A DNA stretch of 64,000 bases, taken from the NCBI GenBank assembly GCA_022844165.1, contig JALHMH010000010.1, forward strand, positions 1-64,000, written 5' to 3'. Each line of letters starts with the position of its first letter. Position 1 is the first letter of the stretch. The notes beneath the pieces were generated by a model. It was given only the letters and a program-made list of their open reading frames with translations. It did not search any database and was not told the origin of the DNA. This document shows, in pieces, positions 1 to 9,453 of this stretch. Both the position numbers and the translations under genes were made by a program. The DNA comes from Lysobacterales bacterium (GTDB lineage Bacteria; Pseudomonadota; Gammaproteobacteria; Xanthomonadales; SZUA-5).

Positions 1-489
1 GCCTTGTCCGGCGGCAGCTGCGCGATCGCCACGCCGAGCAGCACCACCAATCAGCCGCTCGATCAACGCTATCGGTACGATGTCTACGGCAACCTGATCC
101 GCCAGTATCACAACGGCCAATGGATGAGCGGCGGCGCCGCCACCATGGGTCCGCAGGGTGTCGAGAGTTATACCTACGACAAACTGCATCGGCTCACCGT
201 CGTCAGCCGCAGTGGTTTGGCTGCACCGCAAACCGTGGAATACAGCTACGATGCGCTTGGCCGGCTGCAATACAAGTCCGATTACTCCACCGGCACGCCT
301 GGCGCTTATCAGTATCAAAGCGGCAGCCATCGTTTGCAGTCGATCGCGCTCAGCACCGGCAGCAGCGCCAGCTACTTGCACGATGCCAACGGCAACGTCA
401 CACAGCGCAGCGAAGGCCCGGTACCCACGCTGATGGTGTACGACATCGACAATCTGCCGCGCGAGAGAACAAGGACACGCACTGTCTGA
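1..489 (+). pseudogene. RHS/YD-repeat protein, 3'-truncated fragment (begins before the window)
   Basis: YD repeats (YRYDVYGNL, YTYDKLHRL, YSYDALGRL, YLHDANGNV, VYDIDNLP). The frame ends abruptly (RERTRTRTV*) with no RHS core PxxxxDPxG motif or toxin tip. Confidence 0.8.
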
Positions 490-508
490 TTTCGAAGCGA
501 ACTGCATT

Positions 509-532
509 GGACGTCTAGAAGCTTAGACGTCC
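509..532. repeat. Perfect hairpin downstream of the RAYT-like gene
   Basis: GGACGTCTA-gaagct-TAGACGTCC. Further small hairpins lie at about 583-597 and 607-625. Confidence 0.6.
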
Positions 533-619
533 GAATCGGCTGGATGAGTTGGGTGGTTTTTAGCGCGCGGCCAACGCGCCCAGACGCCAGCGGCGTCAAA
601 AATGCGCGGTGAGTTTTGC

Positions 620-1627
620 TCACCGGTTGGCGGCAAGGCTCCGTGCGTAGCCGATGCCTTTGAGCCACTGCTGGTTGAGCGCTTTGGCTTTCTCAGCCAT
701 CGCCTCAACGCCGCCAACGAATCGCTCGTACGCAGAGCGGAACCCTTTGACGTGGCCGATCCAAAAGTCGCCATGGATTCCAAGCTTTCGCAACGCCGGT
801 GGCTCGCTTGAAGCGATCACACCGCGTTTGCCGGGTTTGAGTTGGCGCCCGGTGTAGTCGACAAGTTCGATGTATTGCGCGCTGGTCATCGGCAGACGGC
901 TGCCGATAGGCTTTACGTCTCCATCGAACTTGTCGCCGCTCGGCAGGAACACTCCAAAGCCGGCGATCGGCATCAGCAATTTGTTGGCGTTGCTCGGATT
1001 CTTGCGCAACTCTGTTGTTCGCGCCTGCACGCTGGTGTGATCGGAACCTTCGACACTCTCAGCAATGCCGGCGCGCACGGGATTGAGATCGACGTACGCC
1101 ATGGCAGCGGCCAGCGCACACTCATCGTCGAGCAGCTGAGATTTGAAACGCCCCTCCCAGAATCGCCCGGTCACATCGTCCTCGGCGTTGGCGCGTCTGG
1201 CGATGTACTCGTCCAGACAGCGCATAAACCAAGACAAATCCATCAGCCGCTCGCGGCGAATGCCGACAGCGGTGGAACTGGCGAGCAGCGCGGCTTTCTT
1301 GGCTTCGCGTTGCTCAGGCTCGCGCGCTGGATACAGGCGCACCCAGCGCTCGACGACTTCGCTATCGCTCCAGCTTTTAGCAGCCTCGGGCTCGACGGAC
1401 AGCGCAACGTGCAAGTGATTGCTCATCACCGCGTACGCATAGATGCCAACGGCGAAGATCGAACCCAGCTCCAGAATCCGCGCCTCGATCATCGCCTTTC
1501 GCGGCGCATGATCGACGCCAGTGAGCGGATCGATTCCACACAGCCATGCCCGGCGCACGCAGCGCGTGACGCAGTGATAGAGGCCGTGCTGGCCTGGAAG
1601 AACGGTGAGCGCGCGAGCTTGAGTCAT
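620..1627 (-). mobile_element. HUH/Y1 transposase, REP-associated tyrosine transposase (RAYT)-like family
   Basis: MTQARA...YHCVTRCVRRAWLCG N-terminus, HUH motif (MSNHLHV), FWEGRFKS and the catalytic Tyr in MAYVDLNPVRAG. Start taken at MTQAR; the ORF extends to 1732. Confidence 0.85.
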
Positions 1628-1773
1628 GCGCGCAGCATGGCGCAGCGTGATGAGATTGTCTGTCAGCGTAAGGCGCATCGTGGTGTCAGAGTTTTCTGAC
1701 AAGTAAAAAGCGATCGGGCTTTTTCGAAGCAAGGGAACTTGGCTTGAAGTTCATCGAGTTTGCGCTGTTGCTC

Positions 1774-1843
1774 TGCGTATTCCACGCCATGCCGGTCACC
1801 GATTCCACGGCATGCCGGTCACCGATTCCACGGCATGCCGGTC
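1774..1843 (+). repeat. IS21-family left end with 23-bp tandem subterminal repeats
   Basis: Starts TG (TGCGTATTCC). Three copies of (G/T)ATTCCACG(G/C)CATGCCGGTC(ACC) at 1778, 1801 and 1824, directly upstream of an istA-like ORF. Confidence 0.8.
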
Positions 1844-1898
1844 GGGTTGCAACGGGTAACTCAACTTTCGTCCACTGCGCGTTTTTGGAGATGCGTCG

Positions 1899-2186
1899 GT
1901 GGCACAAGCGAGGTTATCTATGCGCAAGATTTTGGAGATTCTGAAGAGGCACTTTGAGGGGAAGGAAACGGGGCGGTCGATTGCGCTTTCCTTGGTGATG
2001 GCGCTGTCGACGGTGCAGGAGTGTTTGCGTCGGTTCGCGAAAGCGGGCCTTACGTGGCCGGTCTCGCTGGATGAAGCGGCGTTGGAGGTTCTTCTGTATC
2101 CGCCGCGCGTTCAGCCAGCGGCGTTCGTGTGGCCTGACTTTGCGGCGGTGCAGTCGTTGCTACTGAGCCACAAAGGGAAGGCATGA
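1899..2186 (+). pseudogene. istA: IS21-family transposase IstA, N-terminal fragment
   Basis: MAQARLSMRKILEIL...STVQECLRRFAKAGLTWP...LEVLLYPP...PDFAAV matches the IstA HTH N-terminus. Only 95 aa, with no DDE domain and no istB. Confidence 0.8.
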
Positions 2187-2336
2187 CGCGCCGCGAAGCA
2201 GAGAGCTGAAAAAGATCCAGCATCACCAAGTCAAGTTCGGCGCGACACCCTCACGGCCATTGGCCGAGCCGAACCCGCGCAGAGCGATCTGCTCCATGCA
2301 TCTGGCGCGAAATCACCACCCGAGCATCCTCGGTAA
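2173..2336 (+). pseudogene. Probable IS1634-family transposase C-terminal remnant (frameshifted)
   Basis: The frame from 2173 reads KGRHDAPRSRELKKIQHHQVKFGATP, then after a -1 shift at 2250 LTAIGRAEPAQSDLLHASGAKSPPEHPR*. This resembles, from memory, the LRRIQHHxV...EQxxxLxALxxKxP tail of IS1634 transposases. Confidence 0.5.
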
Positions 2337-2429
2337 CGTTGGCGAGATTCGCCTTGACGGTCTTGCAATCACGCAAGCCAGGGGGTGTCACTATCCAAGT
2401 CAATTCGTTCGATATAAGTAACTCGACTG

Positions 2430-5414
2430 CTACTGCTCGGGACTTGCTTTCTCCGCTGAAGCAAGGCGTTGTCGCCATTCCTGCAGCGTCTGCGTAGCGC
2501 TCGACTTTGGCTCAGCTCGGCTCCATCGGGAATAGAGGTCGATCATTGCCTTATATCGATCAATCCGATCCCGAGGCAGGCGATAGTTAGTCCTGCTCCA
2601 AATATCGATCGACTCCGTCAGCGCGGCTTCAGCAACAGCAAAATTCCCCAGAGCAGCCTGGGCACTTCCAAAGCTCAGCAGGTATCTCGATAGAAAGTGT
2701 AGATGGCCCCCATTGAACAGCTCACGCGCCTTGGTTTCGATCGGAACCAAAAGCTCTAGCGCTTCCCGGTGACGTCCTTGCGCCACTCGAAGTCTTGCAA
2801 AAACAACTGTCGAAGTTATCGTGTCAAAGTGCTCATCACCCAGCAAATGTCGACGTTGGTTTAGGACGTTCTGGAGCAGTACTTCGGCTTCCGCATATTG
2901 CTCCAAGCGGATTAACACGCCACCTAGCATTGACTGAGTCAGCAAGGTCTCATTCTTCGGGACTCCGTTCTGAGGTAAGGCATTCAGTCTCCCCAACAGC
3001 GCGCCCGCCTCAGTGAGCTTATCTTGATCGAGCAATAGCAACGCCAGTATTCTGCCGGCGGCCTGCGTGTTTTGGTGGGCCGGGCCCAGCGAGGCTTCTG
3101 AATTCTGCATTGCCTCTCGTGCGGAAATTTCAGCTTCAGCGTGGCGTCCCAAGTCACGCAAACTTGACGCAACTGAACCGAGGGTTCTCAAAGTTAGCGG
3201 ATGCTGTGAACCAAGCACCCTTCGGCGCGCCGCCAGCGCGGATTGCATCAAAGTTAAGCCTTCCTCCGTTCGCCCCAAACGATGGACAGCGACGGCGAGG
3301 TTATTCAGTGTAGTGATGGTATTGCGGTGGTCCCGCCCGAGAACAGCCGTTCGGTGATCGAGTGTTTCGCGAAGCAAACGCTCGGCGGCTTCAAATTGAC
3401 CCTGGTTTGTTAGTAACGATCCGTAGTTGTTCATTGCAGTCAGGGTACGCGGATCCCGTTCTCCAAACAGATTACGACGTCGAGCGAGCGCCTCTTTATA
3501 GTAAGGCTCAGCTTCGTCATCACGGCCGGCGCCGGAAAGAAAAAAGCCGAGATACACCATTCCCTCGATGGTCTCAGGATGGTCAGGGCCATACGCCTGA
3601 AGCATTGAATTATGGAAATCCAAGAAGTAGGGCTCCGCCTCATCGTTCCTTCCTAGGGAACTTAGAATCAGTCCTTTAGTTAACAGCGACTCGATCGTCT
3701 CCCCTTTCTTGCCCAACAAGCGACTTTGAATCTCCACGGCATGTTGGGCCAGTGGCAGCGCGGTTTCACTTAGGCCGATGGATTCGTAAGCCTCGGCCAA
3801 CGCGTGGCTGAGCGCAGCATCGACAAGCGGTTGGTCTTTGAATTGTTCCGCGATAGCTGTTTTCGCTGGCGTCAATATCGAACCATCCACGACCGATATT
3901 GCAATGTCCGTGGCATTGAGCTGGAACCAAAGTTGTTTGAAGGCTTGTCGTTGTTCTTCGCTCGCCGCGTCCGCCGGCAGCGCTTCTATGGCGGCCAGTA
4001 CGGTCTCGCCGAGCCGCTGCCCGCTCTCTTGTGGATCGACTTGGCCCAGCATGTCGGATTGGAAATCAGCCACCTGTTGAGAGGTGTCGCGGGCTCGACG
4101 CAGGTCGTTGGCTTGTCGCCAAAGCACGGCTACCGAGATCACGAGCACTAGCGCAGTCAGTGTGCTCAGTCCCGCGGCTAGGCGGTGTCGCTTGAGAAAG
4201 CGACGCAGTCGGTAAACACGATCACCACGACGGGCGTCGATGGGCCTGGATTCACGGACGGCGGCGATGTCGTCGGCGAATGCGCGTGCGGTGGCATAGC
4301 GCTGCTCGGGCTCTTTGCGCAGTGCGCGAGCGAGGATCGCGTCGATATCGCCTTCGAGTTTGCTCTTCAGCTGCGCAGGACTGCACTGGCGCGCTTGGGC
4401 GATCTTGGTTTGCGTATCGAGTGGTAGTGCAGCGAATCGTTGGCTGGCGAGGGGCGGCACGCCGTACATTGCGAGTTCGAGTGCGGCTGGCACCGATAGC
4501 TCGGCAAGCTCCAGCGGTGCAACGCCGCACAGCAACTCATAGAGCAACACGCCGCAAGCGTAGACATCGGTGGCAGCGCTGCTGGGCTCGCCGCGGATCT
4601 GCTCCGGCGCTGCACTCGCCAGTGAGAAGTAGCGCTGGCCTTCGGCCGTCGATGTGCTGATATCGTCCAAGGCCTTGCCTATCCCGAAGTCCAGGATGCG
4701 AGGCTGGCTGCTGGCATCTACCAGAACGTTCTCCGCCTTGATATCGCGATGCACGATCAAGCGCTCGTGCGCGTACTGCAGACCCGAAAGCAACTGGCTC
4801 ACCAGCAACAGTCGCGCATCCATCGTCAGCGACTGCGCATTTGCATAGGCATCGATACTGATGCCGTCTACATACTCCATCGCCAGATACGGACGATCCT
4901 GATGGTCCGCTGCGTTGGCTCCCGGGTTTGCTGCGACGAAGCTGCCGGCATCGACCAGACGGGCGATGGCAGGATGACTGAGACTCGCCAACATCGCGCG
5001 CTCGGCGCGAAAACGCGCCAGCGCCGCAGGCGCAGCGCGACGGTTCGGCAATTTGATGGCGACCTGTTGCTCGCGTCCATCGACCTGACGTCCACCGAGA
5101 TACACCTGACCCATCCCGCCGACGCCGAGTAAACGTATCACCTTGAACGGACCAACGCTCGTTCCCTCGGCCAACGTCTCATGTGCCTTGGCGAAATCCT
5201 GCAGGGTGGCGCCCACGGTGGCCAAAACTTCCGAACCGGTCTGCCCCAGCGCGCGTTCGTGCGCCGCGAACAGCCGCTGCAGCGCATGCGCCAATGCTGG
5301 CTCATCCTGTGCAATGGCGGCCAAACGAGAGGCTCGAACCTGCGCGGTCTCGTCGACCCATTCGTCGAACAACAATGCGGCGCGTTGCAGAATCCCAATT
5401 CGCGGAGCGCTCAT
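2430..5414 (-). CDS. Hanks-type Ser/Thr protein kinase with a TM segment and TPR repeats
   Basis: LGVGGMGQVY, VAIK, HRDIKAEN, DFG and APE motifs; TM segment AAGLSTLTALVLVISVAVLW; kinesin-light-chain-like TPRs (LGxDHPxT). Confidence 0.92.
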   Translation of the reverse strand: MSAPRIGILQRAALLFDEWVDETAQVRASRLAAIAQDEPALAHALQRLFAAHERALGQTGSEVLATVGATLQDFAKAHETLAEGTSVGPFKVIRLLGVGGMGQVYLGGRQVDGREQQVAIKLPNRRAAPAALARFRAERAMLASLSHPAIARLVDAGSFVAANPGANAADHQDRPYLAMEYVDGISIDAYANAQSLTMDARLLLVSQLLSGLQYAHERLIVHRDIKAENVLVDASSQPRILDFGIGKALDDISTSTAEGQRYFSLASAAPEQIRGEPSSAATDVYACGVLLYELLCGVAPLELAELSVPAALELAMYGVPPLASQRFAALPLDTQTKIAQARQCSPAQLKSKLEGDIDAILARALRKEPEQRYATARAFADDIAAVRESRPIDARRGDRVYRLRRFLKRHRLAAGLSTLTALVLVISVAVLWRQANDLRRARDTSQQVADFQSDMLGQVDPQESGQRLGETVLAAIEALPADAASEEQRQAFKQLWFQLNATDIAISVVDGSILTPAKTAIAEQFKDQPLVDAALSHALAEAYESIGLSETALPLAQHAVEIQSRLLGKKGETIESLLTKGLILSSLGRNDEAEPYFLDFHNSMLQAYGPDHPETIEGMVYLGFFLSGAGRDDEAEPYYKEALARRRNLFGERDPRTLTAMNNYGSLLTNQGQFEAAERLLRETLDHRTAVLGRDHRNTITTLNNLAVAVHRLGRTEEGLTLMQSALAARRRVLGSQHPLTLRTLGSVASSLRDLGRHAEAEISAREAMQNSEASLGPAHQNTQAAGRILALLLLDQDKLTEAGALLGRLNALPQNGVPKNETLLTQSMLGGVLIRLEQYAEAEVLLQNVLNQRRHLLGDEHFDTITSTVVFARLRVAQGRHREALELLVPIETKARELFNGGHLHFLSRYLLSFGSAQAALGNFAVAEAALTESIDIWSRTNYRLPRDRIDRYKAMIDLYSRWSRAEPKSSATQTLQEWRQRLASAEKASPEQ

Positions 5415-5992
5415 AGCGGACCGATATCGGACAGGTGATCGTTGAGAAATGCCATTGCGAACTGCCAGTCACGTTTGATCGTGGCCAACGAACGGCCGGC
5501 AACCATCGCTACTTCGTCGAACTTCATGCCGGAAAAGTAGCGCATCTCCACAACCTGCGCAGCCCGCGGCTGAACCAACTCCAGGGCACTTATGGCGCAG
5601 TCGAGTGCCAACAAGTCATGGCTATCGACCGATGACTCTTCGTGCGCCGACTCGGCTTGGCTCAGGCTCACACGGGTCCAGGAACCACCGCGCTTTTCGG
5701 CGGAGCGTTCGCGTACATGATCGATCAATACTCGCCGTATCACTTTCGCAGCAATGGCGAAGAAGTGGGCTCGGTCGGCGAAGGCGACGCCACGTTGCTC
5801 CACCAACCGCTCATACGAGGCGTGCACCAGATCGGTAGCCGATAGGATCTTTTTGTCGTCGGCGGACATGCGTCGAAAAGCGATTTGCTTCAGCACCGGA
5901 TATACCGCATCCATCAGGGCCGAGACCGCGCTGGCATCGCCCGATCGCCACTGCGCCAACAACCGCGTCACTTCTGACTGCTTGTGATCCAT
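5411..5992 (-). CDS. ECF sigma factor of the kinase-associated type (EcfK/EcfP-like)
   Basis: EVTRLLAQWRSGD, ATDLVH, DRAHFFAIAAKVIRRVLIDHVR..SAEKRGG and TIKRDW motifs. Overlaps the kinase start by 4 bp. Confidence 0.9.
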   Translation of the reverse strand: MDHKQSEVTRLLAQWRSGDASAVSALMDAVYPVLKQIAFRRMSADDKKILSATDLVHASYERLVEQRGVAFADRAHFFAIAAKVIRRVLIDHVRERSAEKRGGSWTRVSLSQAESAHEESSVDSHDLLALDCAISALELVQPRAAQVVEMRYFSGMKFDEVAMVAGRSLATIKRDWQFAMAFLNDHLSDIGPL

Positions 5993-6451
5993 TTTGATCT
6001 GTCGATGTCCGGCTGACGCGGGAGGGTGAATCCCACCGCCACGCGTTACGATTCGGGTGCGGCGGACAAATCGAAAGCAGTTCGCCTAGGCGGGCCGCAT
6101 TGACCTCACATTCTGTGACGATGCAGACACGCTGGCAAGTAGAGTGATGTCAGAACGAATAGTCCATGACGCGAGTCAGTCGGAACGGGATAGCCGTCCT
6201 TTGAACTCCGTGCAGGGCAAACCTATGTCCAATAGCAGTTGACCGGTGGCGCTCCGGCGTGGGGTTCTGGGCAGGTCAAAGTGGTGCTGACGCTGTCACA
6301 CATGGACGACCAGGCAATTCTCGATTCGCAGTAGTCGCGCCAACAAAGTTCAGCTGCGCGGCGCTTTCGATCTGTCCGGTGCGCTGAAACGGCACCACCT
6401 AAAGGGTGCTTCGATGGCTGCCCGAATCTGCGCTTCTTGCGGCATTGCTGG

Positions 6452-7030
6452 CTAAGCTCGCTGCGTGTGCAGCTGTTGTGTGGCTTTTTCGATCTGTCCA
6501 GCGCGCAACAACGGCACGACATCGAGCGACGCTTCGATCGCTGTGCGAATCGACTTCTCGTCCGCGACTGATGCGCGGCCCAGAACCCAGGGCGTGACGA
6601 GTTCCTTTCGGCCTGGATGGCCGATGCCGATGCGCAAGCGGTTGAATTTGCCGTGCCCGAGTTGCGCGATGCTGTCGCGAATGCCGTTTTGGCCGCCGTG
6701 GCCACCGTCGAATTTGAGACGCGCGACGCCAGCTGGCAGATCCAGGTCGTCGTGTGCGATCAGCGCATCGATTGGATCGATCTTGTAGTAGTTCAGCAGC
6801 GCGGTCAAAGCGATGCCGCTCTTGTTCATGTAGGTCGTGGGCTTTGCCAGCCACAGCGGCTCATCACGACCGGTCAATCGGGCGACTTCGCAATGGAGCT
6901 TGCTCTCAAGCGAAAAACGCAGACCCAGGTGATTTGCCAGCGCATCGGCGAACCAGAAACCCGCATTGTGACGCTGTTCTGCGTGCTCTCGTCCGGGGTT
7001 GCCGAGGCCGACGATGAGGCGGATGGGCAT
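6452..7030 (-). CDS. pth: Peptidyl-tRNA hydrolase
   Basis: LIVGLGNPG, RHNAGF, KPTTYMN, HDDLDL and GGHGGQNG motifs. Confidence 0.97.
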   Translation of the reverse strand: MPIRLIVGLGNPGREHAEQRHNAGFWFADALANHLGLRFSLESKLHCEVARLTGRDEPLWLAKPTTYMNKSGIALTALLNYYKIDPIDALIAHDDLDLPAGVARLKFDGGHGGQNGIRDSIAQLGHGKFNRLRIGIGHPGRKELVTPWVLGRASVADEKSIRTAIEASLDVVPLLRAGQIEKATQQLHTQRA

Positions 7031-7163
7031 GGGAATCTTGCCAGTGTGATAGGCGTTGCGCGCAAGCTCGGTACGCTTTGAAACGCAAAGCGCTTGGGAC
7101 GCCTTGGCGGTTCTGCCTTGGCGATCGCAGCCGCCGCCAATGATGTGTCATGCAGCCGCGCCG

Positions 7164-7194
7164 AAAGCACTGGCGCTTGTCGCGCCAGCGCTTT
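7164..7194 (-). terminator. Hairpin after rplY (probable intrinsic terminator)
   Basis: AAAGCACTGGCGC-ttgtc-GCGCCAGCGCTTT just downstream of the rplY stop. Confidence 0.55.
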
Positions 7195-7202
7195 GATCCA
7201 GA

Positions 7203-7931
7203 TTACTTCTTCGCCGCGGGTTTGGCCGGGGCAGCCTTAGCCGGAGCGGCTTTAGCTGGTGCAGCGGCGGCTTTGGCTGGTGCGGCAGCGGCCTTTTTAC
7301 CTGCAGCCGGCGCCGGTGCAGCGCCTTCTGCGGGTGCCTCTGCCTGCTCCTCGACCGTCATGCGTGCAACCACCACCGCCAGATCGTGTTCGCGACCGAG
7401 CTTGAGCGACGGAATTGTCACGCCTTCCGGCAGTTTGATGTCGGACACATGGATCGTATCGCCAACTTTGAGATCGATCAGATCGATCTCCAGGAATTCC
7501 GGCAGATCCTTCGGGAAACACGCGATTTCGATGTCGTTCAACTCGTGCAGGATCAGCGCTCCACCGGTCTTTCCAGCGGGCGATTTTTCCTGATTCAAAA
7601 AGTGCAGCGGCACGCGCAGGCGCACGATTTCGTTTTCGAGTACGCGCTGGAAGTCGATGTGCGTCAACAGCGGTTTGTAGGGATGGCGCTGCAAATCGCG
7701 CACCAGCGCTTTCTGCGTTTCATTGCCGACATCGAGTTCCAGAATCGATGTGTAAAACCACTCGTTTCCGGCGTAGCGGTAGGCGAGCAACTGATCGAGT
7801 TGCAAAGCGCGCGGCGGCAGATCGCCACCATAAAGAATCGCCGGTACTTTGCCGGAACGACGCAGGCGGCGGCTCGCACCCTTCCCATTGTCGTCTCGGA
7901 ACTCGACCGGCACTTTTTGAATCTTGGCCAT
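7203..7931 (-). CDS. rplY: 50S ribosomal protein L25 / general stress protein Ctc
   Basis: GKGASRRLRR..KVPAILYG, QRHPYK..HIDFQR; Ala/Lys/Pro-rich tail; conserved prs-rplY-pth order. Confidence 0.96.
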   Translation of the reverse strand: MAKIQKVPVEFRDDNGKGASRRLRRSGKVPAILYGGDLPPRALQLDQLLAYRYAGNEWFYTSILELDVGNETQKALVRDLQRHPYKPLLTHIDFQRVLENEIVRLRVPLHFLNQEKSPAGKTGGALILHELNDIEIACFPKDLPEFLEIDLIDLKVGDTIHVSDIKLPEGVTIPSLKLGREHDLAVVVARMTVEEQAEAPAEGAAPAPAAGKKAAAAPAKAAAAPAKAAPAKAAPAKPAAKK

Positions 7932-8060
7932 GTTGATGACATCCTTTTAGTGCGTTCCATGGATGGAAACGCGTCAGTTTCGATTCGCAAGCGCGTCCAG
8001 GCGCTCACGTCACCGCCGATCCATAAGCCACCCGCGACCAGGGGCTTCGAGCGATGAGCG
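7932..8060 (-). promoter_or_regulatory. Putative rplY leader (L25 autoregulatory region)
   Basis: TGGTCGC on the minus strand at 8034-8040, recalled as conserved in gammaproteobacterial rplY leaders; located in the 5' UTR position. Confidence 0.4.
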
Positions 8061-8073
8061 GTACGGTCTGACC

Positions 8074-8200
8074 AGTGTGGTGTCCCACACTAGAAAACCG
8101 CACGGCTCATGGCTTCCGTGGGCCGCGCTGTAGCGCGACGCCTTTGTCTGTTCCCATAACGTGGGAACACATTTGGACCCGATTGCAAGAACACCACACT
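8074..8200. mobile_element. Small non-autonomous element with 10-bp terminal inverted repeats (IS630-like ends)
   Basis: AGTGTGGTGT (8074-8083) is the reverse complement of ACACCACACT (8191-8200). The right end reads ...CACACTAG; internal hairpins are present. Confidence 0.45.
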
Positions 8201-8370
8201 AGCGAGGCTTTGCCTCAGACCGCCGAGCATGGTTGGCTTCGTCCGACAGCGTACTTGCCACAACCCCGCGCTCCGCGCGCCCCCTTGACTCAAGGGGGCT
8301 TCAAAAGCCAAAGCCGCTTCGTAGAAAATTTGACTCATTTGTCGAGATCAGTCTCCGTCAAGGACTCTAG
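8199..8370 (+). repeat. Dispersed REP/MITE-like repeat, full copy A
   Basis: Aligns along its length with 52969-53151 and partly, inverted, with 39877-39958. Bounded by CTAG at 8199-8202 and 8367-8370. Confidence 0.85.
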
Positions 8371-9344
8371 TCCACGTACAACGAACTGACACTCTCACCA
8401 CCGGCAATACGCCGGATCGTCTCGGCCAACAGTTCCGCAACAGATAACTGACGTAACCGAGTGCACGCGCGCGCTTCTGGCCGTAGCGCGATGGTATCTG
8501 TCACGACCATCTCGTCGAGCACCGAGTTGTTCAGATTGTCGATTGCGCCACCCGACAACACTGGATGCACACAATAGGCGACCACGCGTTTGGCGCCGCG
8601 ATCTTTCAGCGCGCGTGCCGCTGAACACAGGGTGCCTGCTGTATCGACAATATCGTCGACCAAAATGCACGTTTTGCCATTCACATCGCCGATGACGTTC
8701 ATGACCACAGACTCGTTGGCTTTTGGCCGGCGTTTGTCAATGATCGCGAGGTCTGCATCGTCGAGCCGTTTGGCGATCGCGCGAGCGCGAACCACGCCGC
8801 CCACATCGGGCGCGACGACAATTAAGTCGTCTCCGGCAAAGTTGCGCCACATATCGGCCAACAGGACCGGCGAAGCATAGACGTTGTCCAGCGGCACGTC
8901 GAAGAAGCCTTGAATTTGATCGGCATGCAGGTCGACGGTCAGAACCCTTGTCGTGCCCACCGTACCTATGATGTCAGCCGCAACCTTGGCAGTGATCGGC
9001 ACTCGCGCGTTGCGCGCGCGCCGATCTTGCCGCGCATAGCCAAAGTACGGCATCACCGCAGTGACGGACGCCGCCGACGCACGTTTGAACGCATCGACCA
9101 TCACCAGCAGCTCCATCAAGTTGTCGGCTGTTGGCGGGCTGGTCGGCTGGATCAGATAAATGTGCTGACTGCGAACGTTCTCCAAGATCTCGACGGCGAC
9201 TTCGCCGTCCGAGAATCGCCCACAGTTGATCTTTCCCAGCGGCACGCCGAGTTCGAAGGCGATTGAACCGGCGAGTCTGGGATGCGCGTTGCCGGAAAAA
9301 ATCATCAGGCCCGGCGCGTTGAGATCGGTCAGCTTGGAGCTCAT
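8367..9344 (-). CDS. prs: Ribose-phosphate pyrophosphokinase
   Basis: [26 protein letters not shown] and [11 protein letters not shown] motifs. Confidence 0.97.
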   Translation of the reverse strand: MSSKLTDLNAPGLMIFSGNAHPRLAGSIAFELGVPLGKINCGRFSDGEVAVEILENVRSQHIYLIQPTSPPTADNLMELLVMVDAFKRASAASVTAVMPYFGYARQDRRARNARVPITAKVAADIIGTVGTTRVLTVDLHADQIQGFFDVPLDNVYASPVLLADMWRNFAGDDLIVVAPDVGGVVRARAIAKRLDDADLAIIDKRRPKANESVVMNVIGDVNGKTCILVDDIVDTAGTLCSAARALKDRGAKRVVAYCVHPVLSGGAIDNLNNSVLDEMVVTDTIALRPEARACTRLRQLSVAELLAETIRRIAGGESVSSLYVD

Positions 9345-9453
9345 AACGTTCTTCGCGAAGAGTGATCTTCAAGCGCTGTGCGCGGGAAAAGACAGACGAG
9401 ACGCCAGGATCGATGCGCATACACGCATCCGGCAAGGCGCTTCGTCCCGACAA

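Noticed and set aside
1778-1843. 23-bp tandem repeats as a mini-CRISPR
   Set aside because: No spacers and no cas genes; position and TG start fit IS21 subterminal repeats.
2244-2389. Inverted GACACCC/GGGTGTC pair as a RAYT-type cassette boundary
   Set aside because: Only 7 bp, and the left copy lies inside the probable IS1634 coding remnant, so chance is likely.
6211-6260. CAGGGCAAACC as a c-di-GMP-I riboswitch
   Set aside because: The following GAAA hairpin and GACGCAAA segment are absent.
7203-7330. AKAAP-type repeats at the RplY C-terminus
   Set aside because: Low-complexity tails are common on Ctc-type L25 proteins.
8090-8338. Small ORFs within the repeat copies (also 53000-53383)
   Set aside because: Translations of the repeat itself, with no evidence of independent coding.
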